Source: an uncultured Candidatus Saccharibacteria bacterium (GTDB taxonomy: Bacteria; Patescibacteriota; Minisyncoccia; Phycocordibacterales; UBA2100). Taken from it: a stretch of DNA of 62,657 bases. Position 1 is the stretch's first letter. Each line of letters starts with the position of its first letter. The notes below the pieces were generated by a model. That model had not been told where the DNA came from. It ran no database searches and worked only from the letters and a program-made list of their open reading frames with translations. Shown here one piece after another: positions 1-7,439 of the stretch. The stretch is taken from the NCBI GenBank assembly GCA_964545165.1, contig CAZJEQ010000006.1, positions 1 through 62,657 of the forward strand, in the 5' to 3' direction. The translations under genes and the position numbers were made by a program.

Positions 1-65
1 ACGGGGAATCGAACCCCGATTAACGGCTTGAAAAGCCGGCGTCCTAACCGTTAGACGATGGGGCC
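1..65 (-). tRNA. tRNA-Glu (anticodon UUC), truncated by window start
   Basis: Reverse complement folds as a cloverleaf: acceptor GGCCCCA, D arm GTCT/AGGAC, anticodon loop TTTTCAA (TTC), T arm CGGGG-TTCGATT-CCCCG. The 3' acceptor strand lies outside the window. Confidence 0.85.
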
Positions 66-81
66 GTCTAAATACCCGACC

Positions 82-90
82 ACTATAGCA
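82..90 (-). promoter_or_regulatory. extended -10 box TGcTATAGT upstream of tRNA-Glu
   Basis: Minus strand reads TGCTATAGT, 16 nt upstream of the tRNA 5' end. The same box recurs upstream of tRNA-Val at 4152-4160. Confidence 0.5.
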
Positions 91-247
91 AAGTGGAGAA
101 GGATAATGAAGTGTGCTATTTTGAGCCTCGGTCGGATCCTTGGGCTTTTTCTTTTTTAGAAAAAGCTCGGGCGGACGCATCTCGCGATCTGCCCATATGG
201 GCACACAATCTGTGTGCCCATAAAAGCGGTGCCTTCGGGCACCGTAC

Positions 248-334
248 GGAGAGGTGGCTGAGTGGTCGAAGGCACCGGTTTCGAAAACCGGCATGTTCGA
301 AAGGGCATCGAGAGTTCGAATCTCTCCCTCTCCG
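248..334 (+). tRNA. tRNA-Ser (anticodon CGA), long variable arm, no encoded CCA
   Basis: Acceptor GGAGAGG/CCTCTCC, anticodon stem CCGGT/ACCGG with loop TTCGAAA (CGA), long variable arm ATGTTCGAAAGGGCAT, T arm GAGAG-TTCGAAT-CTCTC. Confidence 0.9.
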
Positions 335-340
335 CACAAG

Positions 341-366
341 AAAGAGCATCCGCGAGGATGCTCTTT
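341..366 (+). terminator. hairpin after tRNA-Ser
   Basis: AAAGAGCATCC-gcga-GGATGCTCTTT, an 11-bp perfect stem ending in TTT. Confidence 0.5.
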
Positions 367-470
367 CGACGTAAGGAGAGGAGGAGCGTGCGGGGCACGC
401 TCCGTGAGGGATTCGAAGGCGAGCGCTCGGGCCCCGTGACTACACGTGGATGCGGGCTCCATAGATTTGG

Positions 471-476
471 TACAAT
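471..476 (+). promoter_or_regulatory. -10 box TACAAT (TGg-extended), 6 nt before ATG 483 (leaderless type)
   Basis: ttTGgTACAATcacactATG. No Shine-Dalgarno sequence can fit in the 6-nt spacer. Confidence 0.5.
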
Positions 477-482
477 CACACT

Positions 483-1103
483 ATGAAAATACTCCTTATC
501 ATCGTTGTGATACTAGCGCTTTGGTCAATCTGGGGATATTTCTCCTCCCATGTAGAACAAGCTCAGTACTCGATTGTTAACAAATCCGATGGATACGAGG
601 TGCGTGAATACGCCGCGCATATTGAAGCGCAAACGACCGTTGAGGGGTCGTACGATGAGGCGCTGAACAAAGGATTCAGCATCATCGCCGGATACATTTT
701 TGGTGGCAACGTGAAGAAACAGAGCATTGCCATGACCGCGCCTGTGACTGCGCAAGAGCCTGTATCGGAAAAAATCTCGATGACGGCTCCCGTAACGGCT
801 CGCACCCAAGGAGATTCGCGCATCATCTCGTTCGTCATGCCACGATCCTATACACTTGAGTCACTTCCTGTTCCCAATGATTCAAGAGTGAAGCTCGTGC
901 AAGTGCCGGCCAAAAAGGTCGCCGTACTTCGTTTTTCGTGGTCTCGCAACAGTGACCGAGTAAAGAGGATGGAAGAGAAACTGCTTGCGATGCTTGCGCG
1001 AGACAAAGTGGAGCCTGTCGGCACCCCATCGTATGCTGGCTACAATGCCCCGTGGACCCCGCCATGGATGACTCGAAATGAGGTAATGGTAGAGGTTAAG
1101 TAG
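483..1103 (+). CDS. SOUL/heme-binding-protein family, N-terminal membrane anchor
   Basis: 206 aa. N-terminal hydrophobic helix, then YEVREY...GFSIIAGYIFGGN...IAMTAPV...MTAPV, typical of the SOUL/HBP fold. Confidence 0.7.
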   Translation: MKILLIIVVILALWSIWGYFSSHVEQAQYSIVNKSDGYEVREYAAHIEAQTTVEGSYDEALNKGFSIIAGYIFGGNVKKQSIAMTAPVTAQEPVSEKISMTAPVTARTQGDSRIISFVMPRSYTLESLPVPNDSRVKLVQVPAKKVAVLRFSWSRNSDRVKRMEEKLLAMLARDKVEPVGTPSYAGYNAPWTPPWMTRNEVMVEVK

Positions 1104-1141
1104 AGAATACGCGTGGCACTGATCAGTCCGCGGAGAACTGC

Positions 1142-1447
1142 CTAGCCCAGATCAATCTCCTGCTCAGCTCGCTCAGCTTTGGCTCTGAAGTCGTCCATGG
1201 CCTCTGCCGCAATTTCAAAAAAGACTTTCTCGTGTGCCTCATCAAGCGGCCGATACGGAATGACATGGACGATGAACATCTCGCCGTGTTTGCGCGCTAC
1301 CTTAACTTTCGTACCGTGATAATTCAGCGTCGCATGAATCTCGCTTTCGGAGAGCGGCTCTACGAGGGTTTCCTGCTTGATCCGATCAATGCGTCGTTGC
1401 CGCTCGCTTGCCTGCACCAGTCGCATGTGCGCGTCCATCTCTTTCAT
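1142..1447 (-). CDS. hypothetical protein (about 101 aa)
   Basis: ORF 1142-1501. I prefer ATG 1447 (MKEMDAH...) because the minus strand reads TGcGATAAT-ggtgtct-ATG. No recognisable family. Confidence 0.5.
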   Translation of the reverse strand: MKEMDAHMRLVQASERQRRIDRIKQETLVEPLSESEIHATLNYHGTKVKVARKHGEMFIVHVIPYRPLDEAHEKVFFEIAAEAMDDFRAKAERAEQEIDLG

Positions 1448-1454
1448 AGACACC

Positions 1455-1460
1455 ATTATC
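1455..1460 (-). promoter_or_regulatory. -10 box GATAAT (TGc-extended), 7 nt before ATG 1447
   Basis: Minus strand aTGcGATAATggtgtctATG. Divergent from the alkA-like -10 box at 1479-1484. Confidence 0.4.
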
Positions 1461-1478
1461 GCATGTGAGAGAAAGCGG

Positions 1479-1484
1479 TATGAT
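1479..1484 (+). promoter_or_regulatory. -10 box TATGAT, 9 nt before ATG 1494
   Basis: cggTATGATgcaatccctATG. Confidence 0.4.
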
Positions 1485-1493
1485 GCAATCCCT

Positions 1494-2120
1494 ATGGCCA
1501 AGGCACTCGACTACACCGCATCGCTCAAAGCGCTCAAGAAAGACCCTGCGATGGCGGCACTGATCAAACGATACGGTCCGCCGGATCTGTCGAAATATCA
1601 CGGGAGCGTCACCGTCTTTGCATCGCTCTTGCGATCTATCGTGTACCAGCAGATCTCCGGCAAAGCTGCCGCATCGATCTACGCACGACTCCTCGCGCTC
1701 TTCCCCCATGAGAAGCCCACACCGGAATTGCTGCTTAAAATTCGCGCGCCGAAGCTGCGCGCCTGCGGGCTCTCGATCGGCAAGGTCGCCTACGCGCGCG
1801 ATCTCGCCAAGAAATATCTCGATGGCACCATCGTCGAAAAAGATTTCCCCACCATGTCGAGTGAGGAGATCATCGATCACCTCGTGCAGGTCAAAGGCAT
1901 TGGCGAGTGGACGGCGCAGATGATGCTGATCTTCAAGCTCCATCGATTCGATATTCTCCCCGTCGGCGATCTCGCGATCCGCAAAGGCTTTCAAAATGCC
2001 TACGGATTAAAAGCGGTGCCGAACAAAAAAGAGATGGAGCAGCTCGCCGCTCCCTGGCGCGCATATGCCTCCGTTGCCTCGTGGTATCTGTGGAAGGCAT
2101 CGCATCCCGACAACGCCTAA
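1494..2120 (+). CDS. HhH-GPD DNA glycosylase, AlkA-like (3-methyladenine glycosylase II family)
   Basis: Helix-hairpin-helix motif LVQVKGIGEWTAQMMLIF followed by PVGDLAIRKG (catalytic Asp context). Start moved to ATG 1494 (MAKALDY...). Confidence 0.8.
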   Translation: MAKALDYTASLKALKKDPAMAALIKRYGPPDLSKYHGSVTVFASLLRSIVYQQISGKAAASIYARLLALFPHEKPTPELLLKIRAPKLRACGLSIGKVAYARDLAKKYLDGTIVEKDFPTMSSEEIIDHLVQVKGIGEWTAQMMLIFKLHRFDILPVGDLAIRKGFQNAYGLKAVPNKKEMEQLAAPWRAYASVASWYLWKASHPDNA

Positions 2121-2123
2121 TGC

Positions 2124-2149
2124 AAAAGCCCGGTATAAACCGGGCTTTT
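2124..2149. terminator. bidirectional hairpin between convergent genes
   Basis: AAAAGCCCGGT-ataa-ACCGGGCTTTT, with A/T runs on both sides. Confidence 0.75.
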
Positions 2150-2166
2150 GCTTTACAGCTTCTTTC

Positions 2167-2646
2167 TTACTGCGCTTTGAATGGTGCGCTCACACCCGCA
2201 ACGAGCGTATCCACTTTCATGTCGAAGACTTTGTTGCCATCATCTACATACACAACCGCCTCATAATTCTGCCCTGCGCTCGTCGCGCGAAGGAGCGGCA
2301 CTGAGCCAGAGGTGGCTCCTGCTGGGAACCAGCCAGCACCGAGGATGCGCCCGGATGCAACTTCCTTGATAGCAATCCAGCCCGTCGAGGACATCTCCAT
2401 CGCCTTGATGACGACACGCTCGCCTGCTACCTGGTCCTCCACCACGAGCGCACCACCGGTCTGCGTATTTGTCGTGGTCGTTACCGGAGTCTTCTCCGAA
2501 GCATTCGTTTTGTCGTTCTCGCCGACGACCGTCGAGCTGACGCGCATACGCGTCGAGATCATCCATCCCACCAATAAAATAATTATAAGTGCTCCGACGC
2601 CGATCACGATGTGCGTCGTTTTTACTCCCATCTTTGTATCTGCCAT
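2167..2646 (-). CDS. membrane-anchored extracytoplasmic protein, unknown function
   Basis: 159 aa. One N-terminal TM helix (THIVIGVGALIIILLVGWMI), a Thr-rich linker, then a beta-rich domain. Upstream reads TAGAGT-tacctc-ATG. Confidence 0.65.
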   Translation of the reverse strand: MADTKMGVKTTHIVIGVGALIIILLVGWMISTRMRVSSTVVGENDKTNASEKTPVTTTTNTQTGGALVVEDQVAGERVVIKAMEMSSTGWIAIKEVASGRILGAGWFPAGATSGSVPLLRATSAGQNYEAVVYVDDGNKVFDMKVDTLVAGVSAPFKAQ

Positions 2647-2703
2647 GAGGTAACTCTAGTGTCTTCATGCAATCTGTCAAAGGAACCCATAGGATAGAGG
2701 GCT

Positions 2704-3342
2704 ATGGAGATCTGGTACACCATGACGGGCGAAATCGAGAAAAAAGCCGCACAAGATTCCATCCAATGGATCAACGACCAGCTCTACACGAAGCCGGTGA
2801 CGCATTTACGTTTCCTCGTGGCATCCTCCGGGGGCGACATCGATACCGGCACCAATCTCTATATGTATCTCAAATCGCTCCCGATCGAGGTCGAGACGAT
2901 TGGCTTCGGCGTGGTGGATGCTGCAGCCGCGCTCATCTTCCTCGGTGGCAAGCGCCGCCTCGCGGTCGATGGCTGCCGATTCTTCTTCCACGAAGGCGAG
3001 TACACTATGAAGCTGCAGACTGCTTCGCTTTCTACACACGAGGAATCTCTCTCAATTTTCCGCCGGAATCTCCACGAGATGATCTACATCATTGCGCGCG
3101 AGAGCAACAACGATACCGAGACGGTCGCGCAAATGCTCAAGCGCAGCAAAATCATGCAAACGCAAGAAGCATTTGATTTTGGGCTCGCCACCGAGATTAT
3201 CGAGACGCTACCACTGCAGCAGCAAGAAACCGGATTTGGATTTAGCCCGCGGCGAGATCAAGCGAACGAAGAGCATTCCATACCGCCGCGGCAGATACAG
3301 CGCCCTCGCGCAAAATTACCGGGTGATGCTCCGCAAAGCTGA
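2704..3342 (+). CDS. ClpP/crotonase-fold protease-like protein lacking the Ser nucleophile
   Basis: LRFLVASSGGDIDTGTNLYMYLKSLPIEVETIGFGVVDAAAALIFLGGKRRLAVDGCRFFFHEG aligns by eye with the ClpP core. Ala sits where ClpP has GQAASMG Ser; the His context (FFHEG) is kept. Confidence 0.6.
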   Translation: MEIWYTMTGEIEKKAAQDSIQWINDQLYTKPVTHLRFLVASSGGDIDTGTNLYMYLKSLPIEVETIGFGVVDAAAALIFLGGKRRLAVDGCRFFFHEGEYTMKLQTASLSTHEESLSIFRRNLHEMIYIIARESNNDTETVAQMLKRSKIMQTQEAFDFGLATEIIETLPLQQQETGFGFSPRRDQANEEHSIPPRQIQRPRAKLPGDAPQS

Positions 3343-3901
3343 CGACCGTCGACGGCTGCGACTCCGGCAACTCTCCCCCATCCACCACCAGATCAATCAT
3401 TCCCACATTCTGCAGAATGTCGGAATGTTCGAATTGCTCGAGAATGGCGGCGACTGAGCGTTGCGGGGTTTGCCCCGCAACGTTCGCACTCGTTGCCGTC
3501 ACTGGCCCGCCAAAAGCTTCGATCATCGTCAGGCAGAATTCACTGTCGGGAATGCGAAAGCCAAATGTATCGATATATCGACATATGCCCGTTTCGAGCC
3601 CCGACTTTTTCTTGCATATAAACGTTACTTTGCCTTTGGGCAATCGCTCGATAAGCAGGCGTACCTCATCGGCTATTTCGCAAAAGCGCTCCGCCATCTC
3701 GATATCACGCACCAGTGCATGGATAGGCTTACCCTCGTCGCGCCCTTTGATAGCGTAGATCTTGTCCACCGCCTCGTTTGAAAAAGCGTCTACCCCGAGC
3801 CCGTAGAGCGTGTCGGTCGGAAAAAGCACTACCCCACCTGCCTGGAGGGTCTCAGCAGCCTTCGCCGCCGCGCCTAAGTTACGGGCAGCAAGTGTTTCCA
3901 T
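3242..3901 (-). CDS. tsaC: L-threonylcarbamoyladenylate synthase (Sua5/YwlC/TsaC family)
   Basis: GGVVLFPTDTLYGLGVDAFSNEAVDKIYAIKGRDEGKPI is the family signature. Start set to ATG 3901 (METLAARN), because the upstream part of the ORF overlaps tRNA-Val. Confidence 0.85.
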   Translation of the reverse strand: METLAARNLGAAAKAAETLQAGGVVLFPTDTLYGLGVDAFSNEAVDKIYAIKGRDEGKPIHALVRDIEMAERFCEIADEVRLLIERLPKGKVTFICKKKSGLETGICRYIDTFGFRIPDSEFCLTMIEAFGGPVTATSANVAGQTPQRSVAAILEQFEHSDILQNVGMIDLVVDGGELPESQPSTVVSFAEHHPVILREGAVSAAAVWNALRSLDLAAG

Positions 3902-3976
3902 TGGTGCGCGATGAAGGAATCGGACCCTCGGCCTACCCCACGTCAAGGGGTCGCTCTACCACTGAGCTAATCGCGC
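3902..3976 (-). tRNA. tRNA-Val (anticodon GAC), CCA encoded, atypical T loop
   Basis: GCGCGAT-TA-GCTC-AGTGGTA-GAGC-G-ACCCC-TTGACGT-GGGGT-AGGCC-GAGGG-TCCGATT-CCTTC-ATCGCGC-A-CCA. The T loop reads TCCGATT, so C sits at the normally invariant U55. Confidence 0.8.
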
Positions 3977-4021
3977 AATACCTTTCACAAGAACAATACA
4001 ACGCCGTGTTGCGAGATATGT

Positions 4022-4126
4022 GAGCAGCATCATCCACCGGAGCTCACGGCGCAATCTCTCAACCAGAACACTATACGCAACATTCCGGGCTATGCGAGCG
4101 GCATCATCCACCGGAGCTAATCGCGC
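4022..4126 (-). repeat. two degenerate copies of the tRNA-Val 5' portion
   Basis: 4022-4052 (gagcagcatcatccaccggagctcacggcgc) and 4096-4126 (gagcggcatcatccaccggagctaatcgcgc) match at 27 of 31 positions by eye. The copy at 4096-4126 ends with the exact first 13 nt of tRNA-Val (GCGCGATTAGCTC on the minus strand). Confidence 0.7.
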
Positions 4127-4151
4127 CTCTTTCTCCTCTTTCTAACGGCCA

Positions 4152-4160
4152 CACTATAGC
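4152..4160 (-). promoter_or_regulatory. extended -10 box TGcTATAGT (a second TGcgTATAGT lies at 4071-4080)
   Basis: The minus strand reads TGCTATAGT and TGCGTATAGT, each upstream of one tRNA-like repeat copy. Confidence 0.45.
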
Positions 4161-4190
4161 AAAAAGCACACTATTTTGGTAGCAGAGCGC

Positions 4191-5978
4191 CTATTTATCT
4201 TGGAGGAAGCCGCCGGCCTGATGTGCCCACAATTCGCTGTAGATACCCTTCTTCTCCACGAGCTCTTCGTGTGTGCCCTCTTCGGCGATCGCCCCCTGGT
4301 GCATGACGATGATGCGATCCATTTCGCGCAGCGTCGAGAGGCGGTGTGCGATGGCGATCACGGTCTTGCCGCGCATGAGTTCCTGCAATGCTTTTTGAAT
4401 TTGTACTTCGCTCTCGCTGTCGAGTGCGGAAGTCGCTTCATCGAGGAGGAGGATCGGCGCGTTTTTCAGAATCGCGCGTGCGATCGCAATGCGCTGGCGC
4501 TCGCCACCCGAGAGCTTCACACCGCGCTCGCCTACCATCGCCTCATAGCCTTCGGGTAATCGCTGGATGAAATCATGTGCTTGTGCGAGCTGGGCCGCGC
4601 GATGTACATCTTCGATCGTGGCCGAGGGATTACCGTAGAGGATGTTCTCTCGAATCGTGCGATGGAAGAGCAGCGGCTCCTGCGGGACGATGGAGATCGC
4701 ATTCCTTAGACTCTCTTGCGAGGCATTCGCGATATCAATGCCATCGATTTCGATCGCGCCACTATCTATCTGATGATGGTGGAGCATGAGGCGGATGAGC
4801 GTCGATTTACCTGCGCCTGAGCGGCCCACGAGACCCACGCGCTGCGCCGGTGTGATGACAAAGTCGAGATCCGGGAAAACGACATTTTCTCCATACGAGA
4901 ATTTGACATGGCGGAATGCAATCTCACCCTGCGGCACAACGAGCGATACCGCACCCTCCTTATCAGGGATTTCGTGCGGGGTAATGATCTCCTCGAGACT
5001 CTCCGCGATCTCGCCCCACGTCTCGGCAAATTTATTGAAATTGGACCCCAGACTCTGGAGCATGCCTTCGATACGGAAGATGATCGCGATCACGAGCACG
5101 ATATCTCCCAGCGTGAGCAGCCCGGACTGCGCAAATGAGATCGCCGAGAAAACCATCACCGCGCCGAACAAGACCAGCAGCACACTATTGATCGCACGTG
5201 TCCATTCGCCGAAATACCAGCTCTTGATATGAGCATGCCTGCGCTCGTCCGTCATGCTCTTAATGCGATCGATCTCGTATTCGCGGCGCGCGTATTCTTG
5301 CATCGCACTGACGTTCGCCAAGAGATCGACCGTCGCGCCGTTGATCTTGGTCTCGAGATCGTGCGCACGTGTCGCAAAGGGCACACGCTTGAAGCCGAGG
5401 TGGAGATTGATCAAGACGATGATCGCCACCCACATTGCAAAGATCAGCGCGATGGTAGGGCTCACAAACCATGCAATCGCGAACGAGACGAGAATGTTGA
5501 TCGCGACTTCGAGAAATTCCCAGAGAAACATGTCGACCACATCGCGCATACCAGAGGCAGCATGGCGAATCTTGTTCATGATCGATCCCGCGAAGCGATC
5601 GGAAAAATACGAACGACTGTGCAAGGTGACGTATGAGGTAAGCGCAAAGCGCGCCGTGGCCGATGCTCCCGTCGCCCAGCGAGCGCCTGCAAATCCCGAG
5701 GATCGCCATGCGAGCTTCGCGAAAGCGAGCACGACTATATAGAGTGTGCACGCATAGATGAGTGCGTCGTAGGAGCCGCCCAGTGGAATCGCGGCAGCGG
5801 CATTGGTGATCAATTTAAATACGTAGGAGATCGTCGCTGCTATACCCGCGCCAAGCGCCGATATGATCGTCGCGACAAGCGCCGCTTTCCAATGCGGGCG
5901 CGATGCGTAGAGAAAGAATCGCAAGGGACTCTTGCTATCAGGATAGTCGCTGCGCCACATTTTTTCATTTCTTTTCAT
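4191..5978 (-). CDS. ABC exporter, fused permease/ATPase (MsbA/type I exporter-like)
   Basis: 595 aa. N-terminal six-helix TMD. Walker A GRSGAGKST, signature LSGGERQRIAIARA, Walker B ILLLDEATSALD. Confidence 0.9.
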   Translation of the reverse strand: MKRNEKMWRSDYPDSKSPLRFFLYASRPHWKAALVATIISALGAGIAATISYVFKLITNAAAAIPLGGSYDALIYACTLYIVVLAFAKLAWRSSGFAGARWATGASATARFALTSYVTLHSRSYFSDRFAGSIMNKIRHAASGMRDVVDMFLWEFLEVAINILVSFAIAWFVSPTIALIFAMWVAIIVLINLHLGFKRVPFATRAHDLETKINGATVDLLANVSAMQEYARREYEIDRIKSMTDERRHAHIKSWYFGEWTRAINSVLLVLFGAVMVFSAISFAQSGLLTLGDIVLVIAIIFRIEGMLQSLGSNFNKFAETWGEIAESLEEIITPHEIPDKEGAVSLVVPQGEIAFRHVKFSYGENVVFPDLDFVITPAQRVGLVGRSGAGKSTLIRLMLHHHQIDSGAIEIDGIDIANASQESLRNAISIVPQEPLLFHRTIRENILYGNPSATIEDVHRAAQLAQAHDFIQRLPEGYEAMVGERGVKLSGGERQRIAIARAILKNAPILLLDEATSALDSESEVQIQKALQELMRGKTVIAIAHRLSTLREMDRIIVMHQGAIAEEGTHEELVEKKGIYSELWAHQAGGFLQDK

Positions 5979-6042
5979 GGGGTGGGAGTGATTTAGAATT
6001 CTAGCCGAAATACAGTATACGAGCTATTCTACGTTCAACTGT

Positions 6043-7191
6043 ATGAAGATATTGGGTATTGAAACGTCATGCGACGAGACCGCTGTATCTCTCATTGAGG
6101 CGACGGGCAATTACCATGCTGACTTCTCCTTTACCGTGCTCGGTAATGGCCTTATCTCACAAGCTGCCATGCACGCGGAATTCGGCGGCGTCTTCCCCGC
6201 GCTCGCCAAGCGTGAACACGCCAAGAATCTCGTGCCCATGCTCACGCTCGCACTCCGCGAAGCGGGCGCACTCGCAGACGGCGCGACACCAGTCGACGAA
6301 GCAGCGCTCCACGAGACGCTCGCCAGGGAGCCAGAGCTCTTCGAACAACTTGTGGCGTTTTTTAAGACACACAACAAGCCAGCCCTCGACGCGATTGCGG
6401 TCACCCATGGGCCCGGGCTCGAGCCCGCGCTCTGGGTCGGCGTAAATTTTGCCAAAGCCCTCTCACTCGTCTGGGACCTCCCAATCGTGCCGGTCAATCA
6501 CATGGAGGGTCACATCATGATGTCGCTGATGGAAGACGGCGGCACCATCCGCGCATTTGAATTCCCGCTCCTCTCACTGCTGATCTCTGGCGGTCACACC
6601 GAGCTCCTGCTCTCACGTGAGTGGATGCAGTACGAGCGCCTCGGTGAGACACGCGATGATGCGGCAGGCGAAGCATTTGATAAAGTCGCGCGGCTCCTCG
6701 GCCTCCCCTACCCAGGCGGCCCAGAGATCTCACGCCTCGCGAGCGACGCACGTCAGCGACACCTGCAATTCGCTGAATCACTCACACGCCCAATGATGAG
6801 CGGATACGACTTTTCTTTTTCTGGATTGAAAACAGGCGTGCGCCGCATCGTAGAATCGCGCCCCGATACGACGGAAGACGAAAAAATCGCGCTCGCGCGC
6901 GAATTTGAAGACACCGTGACGGATGTCCTCGTCGAGAAGACGGTGCGCGCCGTCGAAGAATTCGGCGCATGCGCGGTGGTCGTCGGTGGCGGCGTCTCTG
7001 CCAATACCAATATCCGCACAGTCCTCGCAAAACGACTCGAGAGCATCGGCGGCGTCTCACTCCTCATTCCGCCACCTGCCCTCGCCACCGACAACGCGCT
7101 CATGATCGCGCTCGCGGGCTACTTCCGCGCAATGAAAGGTGAGTACATCGAAGCGGCAAATCTCGGCGCACACGGCAACTTGAAAATATAA
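6043..7191 (+). CDS. tsaD: tRNA N6-adenosine threonylcarbamoyltransferase
   Basis: MKILGIETSCDETAVS, GGVFPALAKREH, VTHGPGLEPALWVG, SGGHTELL and GEAFDKVARLLGLPYPGGP are Kae1/TsaD hallmarks. 382 aa, with an insertion of roughly 40 aa. Confidence 0.92.
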   Translation: MKILGIETSCDETAVSLIEATGNYHADFSFTVLGNGLISQAAMHAEFGGVFPALAKREHAKNLVPMLTLALREAGALADGATPVDEAALHETLAREPELFEQLVAFFKTHNKPALDAIAVTHGPGLEPALWVGVNFAKALSLVWDLPIVPVNHMEGHIMMSLMEDGGTIRAFEFPLLSLLISGGHTELLLSREWMQYERLGETRDDAAGEAFDKVARLLGLPYPGGPEISRLASDARQRHLQFAESLTRPMMSGYDFSFSGLKTGVRRIVESRPDTTEDEKIALAREFEDTVTDVLVEKTVRAVEEFGACAVVVGGGVSANTNIRTVLAKRLESIGGVSLLIPPPALATDNALMIALAGYFRAMKGEYIEAANLGAHGNLKI

Positions 7192-7294
7192 AAAGAAAAG
7201 AGGCCTCGCCGTCGCCGGGTCATAGGCCTTATCTTATTGGCAGTGCCAATTCCCTAGTTGGGCATGGCTTGGTCACCTCCTTCAGACCGACAGC

Positions 7295-7323
7295 ACAGTA
7301 AATCATTCTCATATTCTTGTCAA
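7295..7323 (-). promoter_or_regulatory. orphan promoter TTGACA-17-TACTGT followed by SD and a 3-codon ORF
   Basis: Minus strand: TTGACA (7323-7318), 17-nt spacer, TACTGT (7300-7295), then GAAGGAGGTGAccaagccATG CCC AAC TAG (7265-7254). Confidence 0.45.
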
Positions 7324-7363
7324 GGCCCTGCTGCTGCCTCACTATAGAGACAAGTCCAGGTAG

Positions 7364-7397
7364 AAAAGAAAAAGCCGCCCAATGGTACCGGGGCGGC
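7364..7397 (-). terminator. rho-independent terminator after the 326-aa gene
   Basis: Minus strand GCCGCCCC-ggtaccatt-GGGCGGC followed by TTTTTCTTTT. The 28-nt core is repeated at 8641-8668 with one mismatch. Confidence 0.75.
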
Positions 7398-7439
7398 GCG
7401 TCGGCCTTGGACTATAAGCCCTCCAAGCGGGCAATCTGA

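Noticed and set aside
93-486. Several 60-107-aa ORFs at the left end (93-374, 116-349, 156-479, 254-439, 262-486).
   Set aside because: All overlap the tRNA-Ser gene and its flanking hairpins. They have Arg/Ser-rich shadow composition and no translation signals.
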